DNA of 64,000 bases from an uncultured virus (IMG/VR IMGVR_UViG_3300025767_000006) (lineage: Duplodnaviria > Heunggongvirae > Uroviricota > Caudoviricetes): the IMG/VR virus record IMGVR_UViG_3300025767_000006. One strand, written 5' to 3'. The notes beneath the pieces were generated by a model. The model saw only the letters and a list, made by a program, of their open reading frames with translations, was not told the origin of the DNA and ran no database searches. The stretch's first letter is position 1, and each line of letters starts with the position of its first letter. Made by a program: the position numbers and the translations under genes. Below are positions 9,490 through 18,077 of this stretch, in pieces.

Positions 9490-10322
9490 AATAAACTTTT
9501 CACACCTTTTAAAATTGGATTAACGTTTGGTTCTTGAATGTCTCTTTCCCAATAAACTTTTCCACCATCATGTATATCTATACCACGGTGAAAGATCATG
9601 TCTTTTCCTAACCATTTACATTCCTGAACAATTCTAGGAGCAGGATCGAATGTATCTTTTGTGTATACAAATGTATCGAATAGTCCTAACAAGTTATCAA
9701 CAGGAACAAAAAGATTATTCATTTTTTTGTTTACATATGGCGCATTATATGTTATAATAGAGTATGATACCGAGAAGAGGGGAATAACATCTTCAATTCT
9801 TTTATAATATTGTTCATTTGTCCCATTAAAAATATACTTATATTGTACATCAGGTACTACCGGTTTGTACAGGGAAAAATTAATTCTTTTTTCAAAATGA
9901 TCACCAACACCATTCAAATATACCTCATGATCGCAAAGATCGTAAGTTTCAGAAGAAAAAAATCTGATTGCTTTCGGATAAATGTCTGGATGATTTTCTG
10001 AATAGACTACTACTATTCTTCGATATAATAATTTTAAACAAAATTGCTGATCTGCGTTATATTGATTCCAATTTATATATGGGATTGATACCATTGATCT
10101 ACCCAGCACGATAGATACACCCTCCATATAATCATTAAAAATAATATTGCTTACTTCAGTGTATTTGCTTTCAATCGCATTTAGATAGTCTTGTTCTGTG
10201 TAACCTGGATACGTGAAGATTATGAGTGGGATTTTAAGACATTTTGCGTATTCATAGCTGTAATATACTAGTCCATCATGTGGTTTACTTGTCACGACAA
10301 TATGTTTATCAATTTCTTTCAT
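9486..10322 (-). CDS. Hypothetical protein, possibly GT-B fold glycosyltransferase-like
   Basis: First gene of the operon; C-terminal FDPAPRIVQECKWLGK resembles the GT-B donor-binding segment. Confidence 0.4.
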   Translation of the reverse strand: MKEIDKHIVVTSKPHDGLVYYSYEYAKCLKIPLIIFTYPGYTEQDYLNAIESKYTEVSNIIFNDYMEGVSIVLGRSMVSIPYINWNQYNADQQFCLKLLYRRIVVVYSENHPDIYPKAIRFFSSETYDLCDHEVYLNGVGDHFEKRINFSLYKPVVPDVQYKYIFNGTNEQYYKRIEDVIPLFSVSYSIITYNAPYVNKKMNNLFVPVDNLLGLFDTFVYTKDTFDPAPRIVQECKWLGKDMIFHRGIDIHDGGKVYWERDIQEPNVNPILKGVKSLL

Positions 10323-10327
10323 AAGAT

Positions 10328-10335
10328 TATTTATA
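10328..10335 (-). promoter_or_regulatory. T4-type late promoter for the tailoring-enzyme operon
   Basis: tatttata = TATAAATA on minus strand, 5 nt before ATG 10322; gp55 is encoded in the window. Confidence 0.7.
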
Positions 10336-10336
10336 T

Positions 10337-10370
10337 TATAAATAGAGATGTAGGATTTATCCTATAAATA
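10337..10370 (+). promoter_or_regulatory. Two T4-type late promoters (10337-10344, 10363-10370)
   Basis: Exact TATAAATA matches upstream of virion genes. Confidence 0.75.
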
Positions 10371-10402
10371 TAGTAGAACCCACTAAATTTTAAGAGTGAA
10401 TC

Positions 10403-10753
10403 ATGGCACAGTACGAAGAAATTACAGTTGATCAGGGGGCGGATGCTTCTATTGAATTGCATCTAGTCAATACCGATGGGTCAAAAAAGAATTTGACCAA
10501 TCATACAATTACTGCTCAACTTAAAAAGAACTTTACTAGTACTGATTCAGATACAACGACTTTTGTCTCAACTGTATCTGATGCTGGAAACGGAATTTGT
10601 ACTATTTCATTAACCAACTCTCAGACCGATGCTCTGAAAGCTGGACGATATGTCTACGATGTAGAATTATCGTTTTCGGATAGTGACGGTGACACAATAA
10701 TTGAAAGAATTTTAGAGGGCAAAATAACCGTAACACCATCTGTGACGAGGTAG
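10403..10753 (+). CDS. Ig-like virion protein (BppU-N-like fibre attachment domain)
   Basis: DQGA, GRYVYDVE, RILEG.ITVTP.VT pattern. Confidence 0.6.
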   Translation: MAQYEEITVDQGADASIELHLVNTDGSKKNLTNHTITAQLKKNFTSTDSDTTTFVSTVSDAGNGICTISLTNSQTDALKAGRYVYDVELSFSDSDGDTIIERILEGKITVTPSVTR

Positions 10754-10755
10754 TA

Positions 10756-11016
10756 ATGGCAATAAAAGTAAGTACTGGCCAGACTACTAAAGTCAAAACA
10801 GTACGAGGTGTCGGTCAAACAACTCAAGTTAAAAAAGTTGTAGTTGGCCGCCCTGTCAGAAATGTTTCTTCTGGTGCCACTAGCATTAATAATTTGCTTG
10901 GTGTAGATACTAGTGGAAAGATTGATGGCTCTGTTTTAGTATACAGTGCGTCAAGCGGTAATTTTGAAGCTACTATAGAACTCAAAAAACAAGATATAGA
11001 TGGAGGAGGCTTTTAA
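10756..11016 (+). CDS. Small virion-associated protein ending in IDGGGF
   Basis: Translationally coupled to the next gene; DGSVLVY motif; DGG C-terminus. Confidence 0.55.
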   Translation: MAIKVSTGQTTKVKTVRGVGQTTQVKKVVVGRPVRNVSSGATSINNLLGVDTSGKIDGSVLVYSASSGNFEATIELKKQDIDGGGF

Positions 11017-14000
11017 TGGCCGCTATAATTCGGATAAAACGATCCACGACAGCATCGGCTCCAGGATCGCTAAAATCAGGAGAAATTGCTTATTCCGCCG
11101 GCGTTGGCTCTCAAGGCAATGGGGGCGATCGCCTCTACTTTGGTAAAGGTGATGACGGCAATGGAAATGCCACTACCATTGAAATTATTGGTGGTGCGTA
11201 TTTCTCAAACTTATTAGACCACGTTGCAGGAACATTAACCGCATCAAGCGCGCTGATTGTCGATGCTGACTCAAAAATCGACAACTTAAAAGTTGACAAT
11301 ATTGATATTAATGGTAATACCATTTCAACAACCAATGCCAATGGTAATTTGGTTCTTGATCCAAATGGTACTGGTAATATTGATGTTAGTGGCGCTAGAA
11401 TTATTAGTGCTGCTAATCCAACATCAGCACAAGATGTCGCTACTAAAGGTTATGTTGATGCACAGAATGCTGCCAGTTCAATTACAATTGGTTCAGATTC
11501 TGCCGGCGTATACCAATTAGACCTTAATGATTCCACCTTTGAAATTAGAGGTGGTAATGTTCTTTCTACTCGTAGAGATGGACCGACTATTACAGTCGAC
11601 CTTGATAATACTGCGGTAACTGCTGGAAGTTATGGATCAGCTACTACGATCCCAACATTTACTGTTGATGCACAAGGTCGTTTAACAGCTGCTGATGGTG
11701 AAACACTATCATGGAATAATCTTGCTGATATCCCAGATCTTCTTGATTCGGCTGATGCAAATATTCTTATTAACTCTGCTGTTAGTACTGCAATCAATAA
11801 TATCATTGATGGAGCTCCAGGTGCGTTAGATACACTTAACGAACTTGCGGCCGCATTAAACGATGATAGTGATGCTTATAATACTTTGCTTTCGGCAATT
11901 GATGCATTACCTGATTCTGCACAAGTACAAGGTATTATTAATCAATCATATATTCGTGCTAGACAAATTACGTATAACACTTCGGACTTCCTTGATTCTG
12001 ATACAGTATCATTAGTTGTTGATAATGCGTATGTTCAAGCTAGACAAGATTACTCATATACATCATTAACTGACGTGCCTGATCTTTTTGATTCTGGCGA
12101 TGCCACAATCTTAATTGATAGTGCGTATATTAATGCTCGAGTAGATCAAACCGCTTCGCTCGATTCTGCAGAAGCAATTGCTTTAATTGATTCAGCACAT
12201 GTACAAGCTCGTCAAGACTATGCTTATAGTTCTTTAACTGGTGTACCTACTGCTCTAAGTCAATTTGATAACGATGAGAAATTTGTCGATTCAGCCGCAG
12301 CTAGAGGATTATTGAGTGGTGGCACTGGTGTTACATATACTTCTGCAACTGGTGTTATTGCAATCGGGCAATCAGTCGAAACAACTGATAGCGTAACGTT
12401 TGGCAATATTGATGTTACTAATAATGTTGTCATTGGTGGTAATCTACAAGTTAATGGTACAACTACTACAGTTAATGCCGAAAACTTAGAAGTTACTGAC
12501 AATATGATCTATATGAATGCTGGAGAATCTGGTGGATCTCCAACATTGCAGGTTGATGTTGGTTGGGCAGCAAACGTTAACGATAATGGATCTTATACCC
12601 ATGTTGGTATGTTCCGGGATGCATCTGACGATACATTCAAAGTATATGGTAATTATGCACCTGAGCCTGATGCATCAGTAGAAATTAATACTGCTCATGC
12701 TTCGTTCGAGTTAGCACCATTTGCTGCTAAAACTCTTACTGGTGAATATCTTGGATTTGATTCAGACTTCAATACTAAGACAGTTAGTAGTCTTGCTAAT
12801 GATGCAAATTATCTTGATTCTAATACAGTTCAAGGTGTTATTGATCAATCATATATTCAGGGTCTACAAACCACATATAGTAACCTTTCTGAATTTGCCA
12901 ATGATACTAATTATCTTGATAGTAGTACTGTTTTAAATGTAATTGATGCAGCTTATATTCAAGCAAATCAGAAATCATATATTGATTCGGCATTGTCTGA
13001 TTATCGGTTTATGGATTCTGGTGAAGTAATTACTCTTGTAGATTCAGCATATGTTCAAGCCCGTCAGGATTACGCATATAGTTCATTAACTGGTGTACCT
13101 ACAGCATTAAGTGAATTTAGCAATGATACTAACTTCCTTGATAGTAATACTGTAACTGGAGTTATTGATCAAGCATATGTAAGATCAAATCAAATTACTT
13201 ACAGTACGATTGATTTTACCGATTCAGCCTATGTTAACGCACAAATTACTAGTGCAGTTAATAATTTGATTGATGGTGCTCCTGGATCACTCGATACACT
13301 TAACGAACTTGCTGCAGCGTTGAATGATGATTCCAATGCGTTTAATACGCTGTTGGGTTACATTACGGATCTTCCAGATTCTGCTCAAGTACAACAAATC
13401 ATTGACCAAGCTTATATTAGAGCTCGTCAGATTACCTACAATACCTCCGACTTCCTTGATTCATCAAGCGTCGAATTGGTAGTTGACAATACCTATGTAC
13501 AAGCTCGTCAAACAACTTACAATACGTCTGACTTTGCTGATTCAGCTTATGTACATTCGTACTTCCAAACCAACGTACCACGTTACGGTACAGACTACGT
13601 TGATAGTGCCTATGTAACTGGATTGCCTGTAAGCACATTCACAAATGATGCTAATTATCTTGACTCTAACACAGTTACTGGCGTAATTGACCAGACCTAT
13701 GTTCAAGCAAATCAAGATTATGCTTATAGCTCATTAAGTGGAGTGCCTACTGCATTAAGTCAATTCAATAATGATACAAATTATCTTGACTCTAACACAG
13801 TTCAAGATGTTATTGATGCCGCTTATGTTCAAGCAAATCAAACTACATATAATACTTCTGATTTCTTAGATTCAGATACAGTATCATTAGTAGTTGATAA
13901 TGCTTATGTTCAGTCTAGACAAATTACTTATAACACATCTGACTTTACGGATTCAGCATATGTTGCAAGTGAAATTACTGCTGCAATTAATAATTTGATT

Positions 14001-15908
14001 GATGGTGCACCTGGTGCTCTTGATACTTTAAATGAACTTGCTGCAGCTCTTAATGACGACGCAAATGCTTATCAAACTTTACTTTCTCAGATCAATGCAC
14101 TTCTAGATTCATCTGAAGTACTTGCCCTGATTGACCAAAATTATATTCGATCAAATCAGATTACCTATAATACTTCTGATTTCCTCGATTCAAGTACGGT
14201 CGAATTAGTAGTTGATAATGCTTATGTTCAGTCAAGACAGATCACTTATAACACATCTGACTTCCTTGATTCAAGCACTGTTTCGTTAGTAGTTAATAAT
14301 AGCTACGTCCAAGCAAGACAAGATTATTCGTATACTTCTTTGACGGATCTTCCTGACTTCTTTGATTCGGCTGATGCAACAATCTTAATTGATAGTGCAT
14401 ACATCCAGGCTAGACAAGCACTAGTTGATTCAGGTTCAGTCATTAATATTATTAATGCTACTGCTGATTCAGCATATGTTCAGGCTAGACAGGACTATGC
14501 TTACTCATCACTAACTGGTGTACCTACAGCATTAAGTGAATTTACAAATGATACTAACTATCTTGACTCAAATACAGTCACTGGAGTTATTGATCAAGCG
14601 TATATTCAGAGTCTGCAAACCACTTACAATACTAGTGACTTTACAGATTCAGCTTATGTCAATACGCAGATTACTACTGCAGTTAACAATCTGATTGATG
14701 GAGCACCTGGTGCCCTTGATACTTTGAATGAACTGGCAGCTGCACTCTCTGACGATGCTGATGCATTCAATACATTGCTCGGATATATTACTGATCTTCC
14801 AGATTCAGCTCAAGTCCAGCAAATTATTGACACCGCTTATATTCAAGCTAGACAGATTACCTATAATACATCTGACTTCTTGGATTCTTCAAGTGTTGAA
14901 TTGGTTATTGATTCAGCTTACGTACAAGCAAGACAAACTCTAAGAGATTCATCTTATGTGCGTGGTGTTAAATTCAACGAAGCTGGTGATAATGACTTCT
15001 TACATGTTGATGACATTAGAACTGAAAATTACTTCCGCGTTAAAGTTCATAATGAAGTAAATGGTACACTTATCTATGGTTCATACGATAGTGGTGTATC
15101 TCTTTATTATGATGGAAGTTCGGCAAGATTACGTACAACAGCCACAGGTCTTAGTACTTATGGCAGATTGCACGGTGACTCAGCTGAATTTAATCGTTTA
15201 GTATTGGATAATTCGACTGTTGATTCTTCATGGGTTAACGATCGAGTCAGTCAAACAACGATTGAAGCTCTTCAGACACACTATTTGGATAGTGCTCTAA
15301 CTACACAATTAATTGATAGTGCATATATCCAAGCTAGACAAATTGCTGGTACTGATTCATCTGCTGTAACTAATTTGATCAATCTAACAGTTGATTCAGA
15401 TTATATTAGAGCAAGATCAAATGTAAGTGCAAAACAAGAACTTGCTGGTGGAGGAGAAACAGACGTTGATCTGACTCTTAGACTGGTTGGTCTTGGAAAT
15501 GGTACAATTGGTCTTCAAGCTGAAGCACCGATTATTGACAGCGTTGGTGCAGTAACTCAGACAATTCTACAATATCGTGGAATTGATTCTTCAAGTGTTA
15601 GTTACTACATTGACTCAGCTTATATTCAAGCAAGACAGGCTGGTGGGGCTACAAATACTGATGGTCTCAGCGAAGGTTCAACAAATCTTTATTATACCGA
15701 TGAAAGAGTAGATGATCGAATTAGCCAATTGCTAATGACTGATTCTGCGATTTCAGCGACATATGACGATAGCGCAAATACATTGCTAATCTCAGCAGAA
15801 AAAGCAACGACTACTACCGCTGGTGTAGCAAGCTTTGACTCAGCTGGATTTAATGTAAGTGCACAAGGTCATGTAACATTGGTTGAAATTGATGGTGGAA
15901 CCTACTAA
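11016..15908 (+). CDS. Large repetitive tail/head fibre protein (1630 aa)
   Basis: N-terminal IRIKRS..GEIA, four GAPGxLDTLNELAAAL repeats, many DSAYVQARQ repeats, C-terminal IDGGTY. Confidence 0.8.
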   Translation: MAAIIRIKRSTTASAPGSLKSGEIAYSAGVGSQGNGGDRLYFGKGDDGNGNATTIEIIGGAYFSNLLDHVAGTLTASSALIVDADSKIDNLKVDNIDINGNTISTTNANGNLVLDPNGTGNIDVSGARIISAANPTSAQDVATKGYVDAQNAASSITIGSDSAGVYQLDLNDSTFEIRGGNVLSTRRDGPTITVDLDNTAVTAGSYGSATTIPTFTVDAQGRLTAADGETLSWNNLADIPDLLDSADANILINSAVSTAINNIIDGAPGALDTLNELAAALNDDSDAYNTLLSAIDALPDSAQVQGIINQSYIRARQITYNTSDFLDSDTVSLVVDNAYVQARQDYSYTSLTDVPDLFDSGDATILIDSAYINARVDQTASLDSAEAIALIDSAHVQARQDYAYSSLTGVPTALSQFDNDEKFVDSAAARGLLSGGTGVTYTSATGVIAIGQSVETTDSVTFGNIDVTNNVVIGGNLQVNGTTTTVNAENLEVTDNMIYMNAGESGGSPTLQVDVGWAANVNDNGSYTHVGMFRDASDDTFKVYGNYAPEPDASVEINTAHASFELAPFAAKTLTGEYLGFDSDFNTKTVSSLANDANYLDSNTVQGVIDQSYIQGLQTTYSNLSEFANDTNYLDSSTVLNVIDAAYIQANQKSYIDSALSDYRFMDSGEVITLVDSAYVQARQDYAYSSLTGVPTALSEFSNDTNFLDSNTVTGVIDQAYVRSNQITYSTIDFTDSAYVNAQITSAVNNLIDGAPGSLDTLNELAAALNDDSNAFNTLLGYITDLPDSAQVQQIIDQAYIRARQITYNTSDFLDSSSVELVVDNTYVQARQTTYNTSDFADSAYVHSYFQTNVPRYGTDYVDSAYVTGLPVSTFTNDANYLDSNTVTGVIDQTYVQANQDYAYSSLSGVPTALSQFNNDTNYLDSNTVQDVIDAAYVQANQTTYNTSDFLDSDTVSLVVDNAYVQSRQITYNTSDFTDSAYVASEITAAINNLIDGAPGALDTLNELAAALNDDANAYQTLLSQINALLDSSEVLALIDQNYIRSNQITYNTSDFLDSSTVELVVDNAYVQSRQITYNTSDFLDSSTVSLVVNNSYVQARQDYSYTSLTDLPDFFDSADATILIDSAYIQARQALVDSGSVINIINATADSAYVQARQDYAYSSLTGVPTALSEFTNDTNYLDSNTVTGVIDQAYIQSLQTTYNTSDFTDSAYVNTQITTAVNNLIDGAPGALDTLNELAAALSDDADAFNTLLGYITDLPDSAQVQQIIDTAYIQARQITYNTSDFLDSSSVELVIDSAYVQARQTLRDSSYVRGVKFNEAGDNDFLHVDDIRTENYFRVKVHNEVNGTLIYGSYDSGVSLYYDGSSARLRTTATGLSTYGRLHGDSAEFNRLVLDNSTVDSSWVNDRVSQTTIEALQTHYLDSALTTQLIDSAYIQARQIAGTDSSAVTNLINLTVDSDYIRARSNVSAKQELAGGGETDVDLTLRLVGLGNGTIGLQAEAPIIDSVGAVTQTILQYRGIDSSSVSYYIDSAYIQARQAGGATNTDGLSEGSTNLYYTDERVDDRISQLLMTDSAISATYDDSANTLLISAEKATTTTAGVASFDSAGFNVSAQGHVTLVEIDGGTY
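11780..14940 (+). repeat. Degenerate intragenic repeats (LDTLNELAAALNDD, DSAYVQARQ, TYNTSDFLDS, DYAYSSLTGVPTALSEF)
   Basis: Visible in the translation; synonymous divergence between copies at DNA level; boundaries approximate. Confidence 0.85.
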
Positions 15909-15916
15909 TAAAAGCA

Positions 15917-15924
15917 TATAAATA
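15917..15924 (+). promoter_or_regulatory. T4-type late promoter
   Basis: TATAAATA in intergenic region. Confidence 0.7.
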
Positions 15925-15933
15925 ACTACTAAA

Positions 15934-15955
15934 GGAGGGGGTTCTTACCCCCTCC
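15934..15955. other. GC-rich hairpin (processing/stabilising element or terminator)
   Basis: ggagggggt-tctt-accccctcc, 9-bp perfect stem. Confidence 0.6.
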
Positions 15956-15984
15956 GATAGTTATTTTCCTTTTTAGGGTTCATC

Positions 15985-17754
15985 ATGCCGACCAAAATTA
16001 TTCTTAAGAAATCGTCCGTTAGTGGACGTATTCCCGATCCAGGTACGTTAGACTATGGTGAGTTAGCCATTAACTACGCCGATGGTGTTCTATACTACAA
16101 AAATAGCTTAAACACTGTTGAAAGCATTTCAGCTGGATTAGATTCTGATTTAACGTTACAGCTAATAGATTCATCTTATGCAGCGATTTCTGCAAGTCTA
16201 ATCCCATCAACAGATTCTACATATGATCTTGGTACCGCTGATAAGAAATGGCGAGAACTTTATCTTTCAGGTAATACCATTCATCTTGGAGATGCTAAGT
16301 TATCTGCAGATGCTAGTGGTAATATCGAAGTACGAGATAATTTAGGCCAATTAAAGAAAATCGTAGTTGATGAAATTGAGGTTGGTACTGGGGCCAATAA
16401 AGTCAAACTAAAAGGAAATAACGGTAAACTTCGAGTTGATACTGTATCTGATATTCAAGTAAAGTTAGACTTTAACCTTAATACAACAACAGACTTAATT
16501 GAAGGAACTAATAAGTATTATACCGATGCCCGTGTACAAACTTTAGTTAACTCAAGTTATGTTCAAGCTCGTCAGATTCGTGGTGCTGACTCGAGCTGGG
16601 TAACAGATCAAATTAATGATCTAATTGATGCCGCACCTGGCGCATTAGATACATTAGCAGAATTAGCAAGTGCTATTGGCGATGATGCTAATTTCTCTAC
16701 CACAATAACGAATTTAATTGCAACTATGCCAGACTCGGCTTATGTTGCTTCATATGTTTCAAGTCAGTTGCCAAGGTATGGTACTGACTATGTAGACTCA
16801 TCTTACGTATCTTTTGTTCTTCCAAGATACGGTACCGATTATGTAGATTCCTCTTGGGTAACTGGGTACGTTACTGACCAGAACTATATTACAGGTTATA
16901 CTGTAACTCAATCGGATGTCACTAATCATCAAGCAGCATTAAGTATTACAGAATCTCAAATTAGCGATTTTGGAACGTATGCCACTATAGCAAGTTTAGC
17001 AAATATTGCAACTTCTGGTGCATATTCTGATTTATCTGGTACTCCTACTAATGTAAGCACATTCACAAATGATGCTGGATATACTACATATGATTCAACC
17101 AATACTGTTGGGATTGTAAATTCTGCGTACATACAAGCTAGACAAATCCGCGGCGCTGATTCTTCTTGGGTTTCAGGCGAAATTACTTCGGCTGTTGCCG
17201 ATTTGGTCAATGGTGCAGGAGAAGCAGTTAATACTTTAAATGAACTTGCTACTGCATATGCTGATGCTGATAGTGGTTTACAAACACTTATTTCAAACAA
17301 TAGTATACGTTTAACAACTGCCGAAAGTGAGATTGATACACTACAGAGCTGGGGTAACCATTCATTAGTTGGATATTTAACAGCTAGTACAGCTCAATCC
17401 ACAATTGACTCATCATATGTCAATGATAGAGTAACAATATCAGAAAATCAAATTTCTTCGGTTATAGACTCAGATTATATTCTTTCAAGATCTACTTCAG
17501 TGGAAATTTATGATGCTTATGATTCATTCATTAGTAGACATCAACTTAAACTTAAAGCTGATACTCAAAATGGTCACGTTGTAGTTGTTGGTCAAATTTT
17601 AGTAGAAGATTCCCAAGGTGCTAATCCAACATTGAGAGATGTTAGTTTCCATAGTTCATTAGAAGAAACAATGATAAACATTAATACGTTAAAGGCTACT
17701 GTAGCATCAAGTACTGATTTTGCTGATTTTCAAGCAAGAATTGCAGCATTATAA
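15985..17754 (+). CDS. Fibre protein (589 aa), sharing modules with 11016..15908
   Basis: IILKKS..GELAIN N-terminus, YDLG motif, APGALDTLAEL, YVQARQ, C-terminal DFADFQARIAAL. Confidence 0.75.
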   Translation: MPTKIILKKSSVSGRIPDPGTLDYGELAINYADGVLYYKNSLNTVESISAGLDSDLTLQLIDSSYAAISASLIPSTDSTYDLGTADKKWRELYLSGNTIHLGDAKLSADASGNIEVRDNLGQLKKIVVDEIEVGTGANKVKLKGNNGKLRVDTVSDIQVKLDFNLNTTTDLIEGTNKYYTDARVQTLVNSSYVQARQIRGADSSWVTDQINDLIDAAPGALDTLAELASAIGDDANFSTTITNLIATMPDSAYVASYVSSQLPRYGTDYVDSSYVSFVLPRYGTDYVDSSWVTGYVTDQNYITGYTVTQSDVTNHQAALSITESQISDFGTYATIASLANIATSGAYSDLSGTPTNVSTFTNDAGYTTYDSTNTVGIVNSAYIQARQIRGADSSWVSGEITSAVADLVNGAGEAVNTLNELATAYADADSGLQTLISNNSIRLTTAESEIDTLQSWGNHSLVGYLTASTAQSTIDSSYVNDRVTISENQISSVIDSDYILSRSTSVEIYDAYDSFISRHQLKLKADTQNGHVVVVGQILVEDSQGANPTLRDVSFHSSLEETMININTLKATVASSTDFADFQARIAAL

Positions 17755-17765
17755 AATGAAACTAT

Positions 17766-17773
17766 TATAAATA
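17766..17773 (+). promoter_or_regulatory. T4-type late promoter
   Basis: TATAAATA. Confidence 0.7.
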
Positions 17774-17811
17774 ATAGTAATATAATAGTGCCGAACTGGG
17801 GATAGTGAACC

Positions 17812-18060
17812 GTGGCAAGTGAGAGTGAAAAAGACTTTAAGATAAAAAATAATCTTAAAGTTGCTGGTAATCTAAGGATTGCTGGTAATTTATTAGATTC
17901 TAACTGGGTACAGGCTAGACAGAAAATATCCCCTGATTCCGATTTTGTTATAACACAAGTAAATCTTGTAAAACAAGAGTATGATATTAAGATGAAAGAT
18001 TTAGAAAATAAGATTTCAGATTTAGTATCATTAATACAACTTATAAATACAAAAGTATAG
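17812..18060 (+). CDS. Small virion-associated protein
   Basis: KDFKIKN N-terminus, LDSNWVQARQ motif shared with fibres, coiled-coil C-terminus. Confidence 0.55.
   Translation: MASESEKDFKIKNNLKVAGNLRIAGNLLDSNWVQARQKISPDSDFVITQVNLVKQEYDIKMKDLENKISDLVSLIQLINTKV
18042..18049 (+). promoter_or_regulatory. T4-type late promoter
   Basis: TATAAATA 28 nt before ATG 18078. Confidence 0.65.
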
Positions 18061-18077
18061 GAACGAGGATAAACACC

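Noticed and set aside
11780..14940. CRISPR-like or non-coding repeat array
   Set aside because: Repeats are in-frame, vary at synonymous positions and lack a repeat-spacer structure
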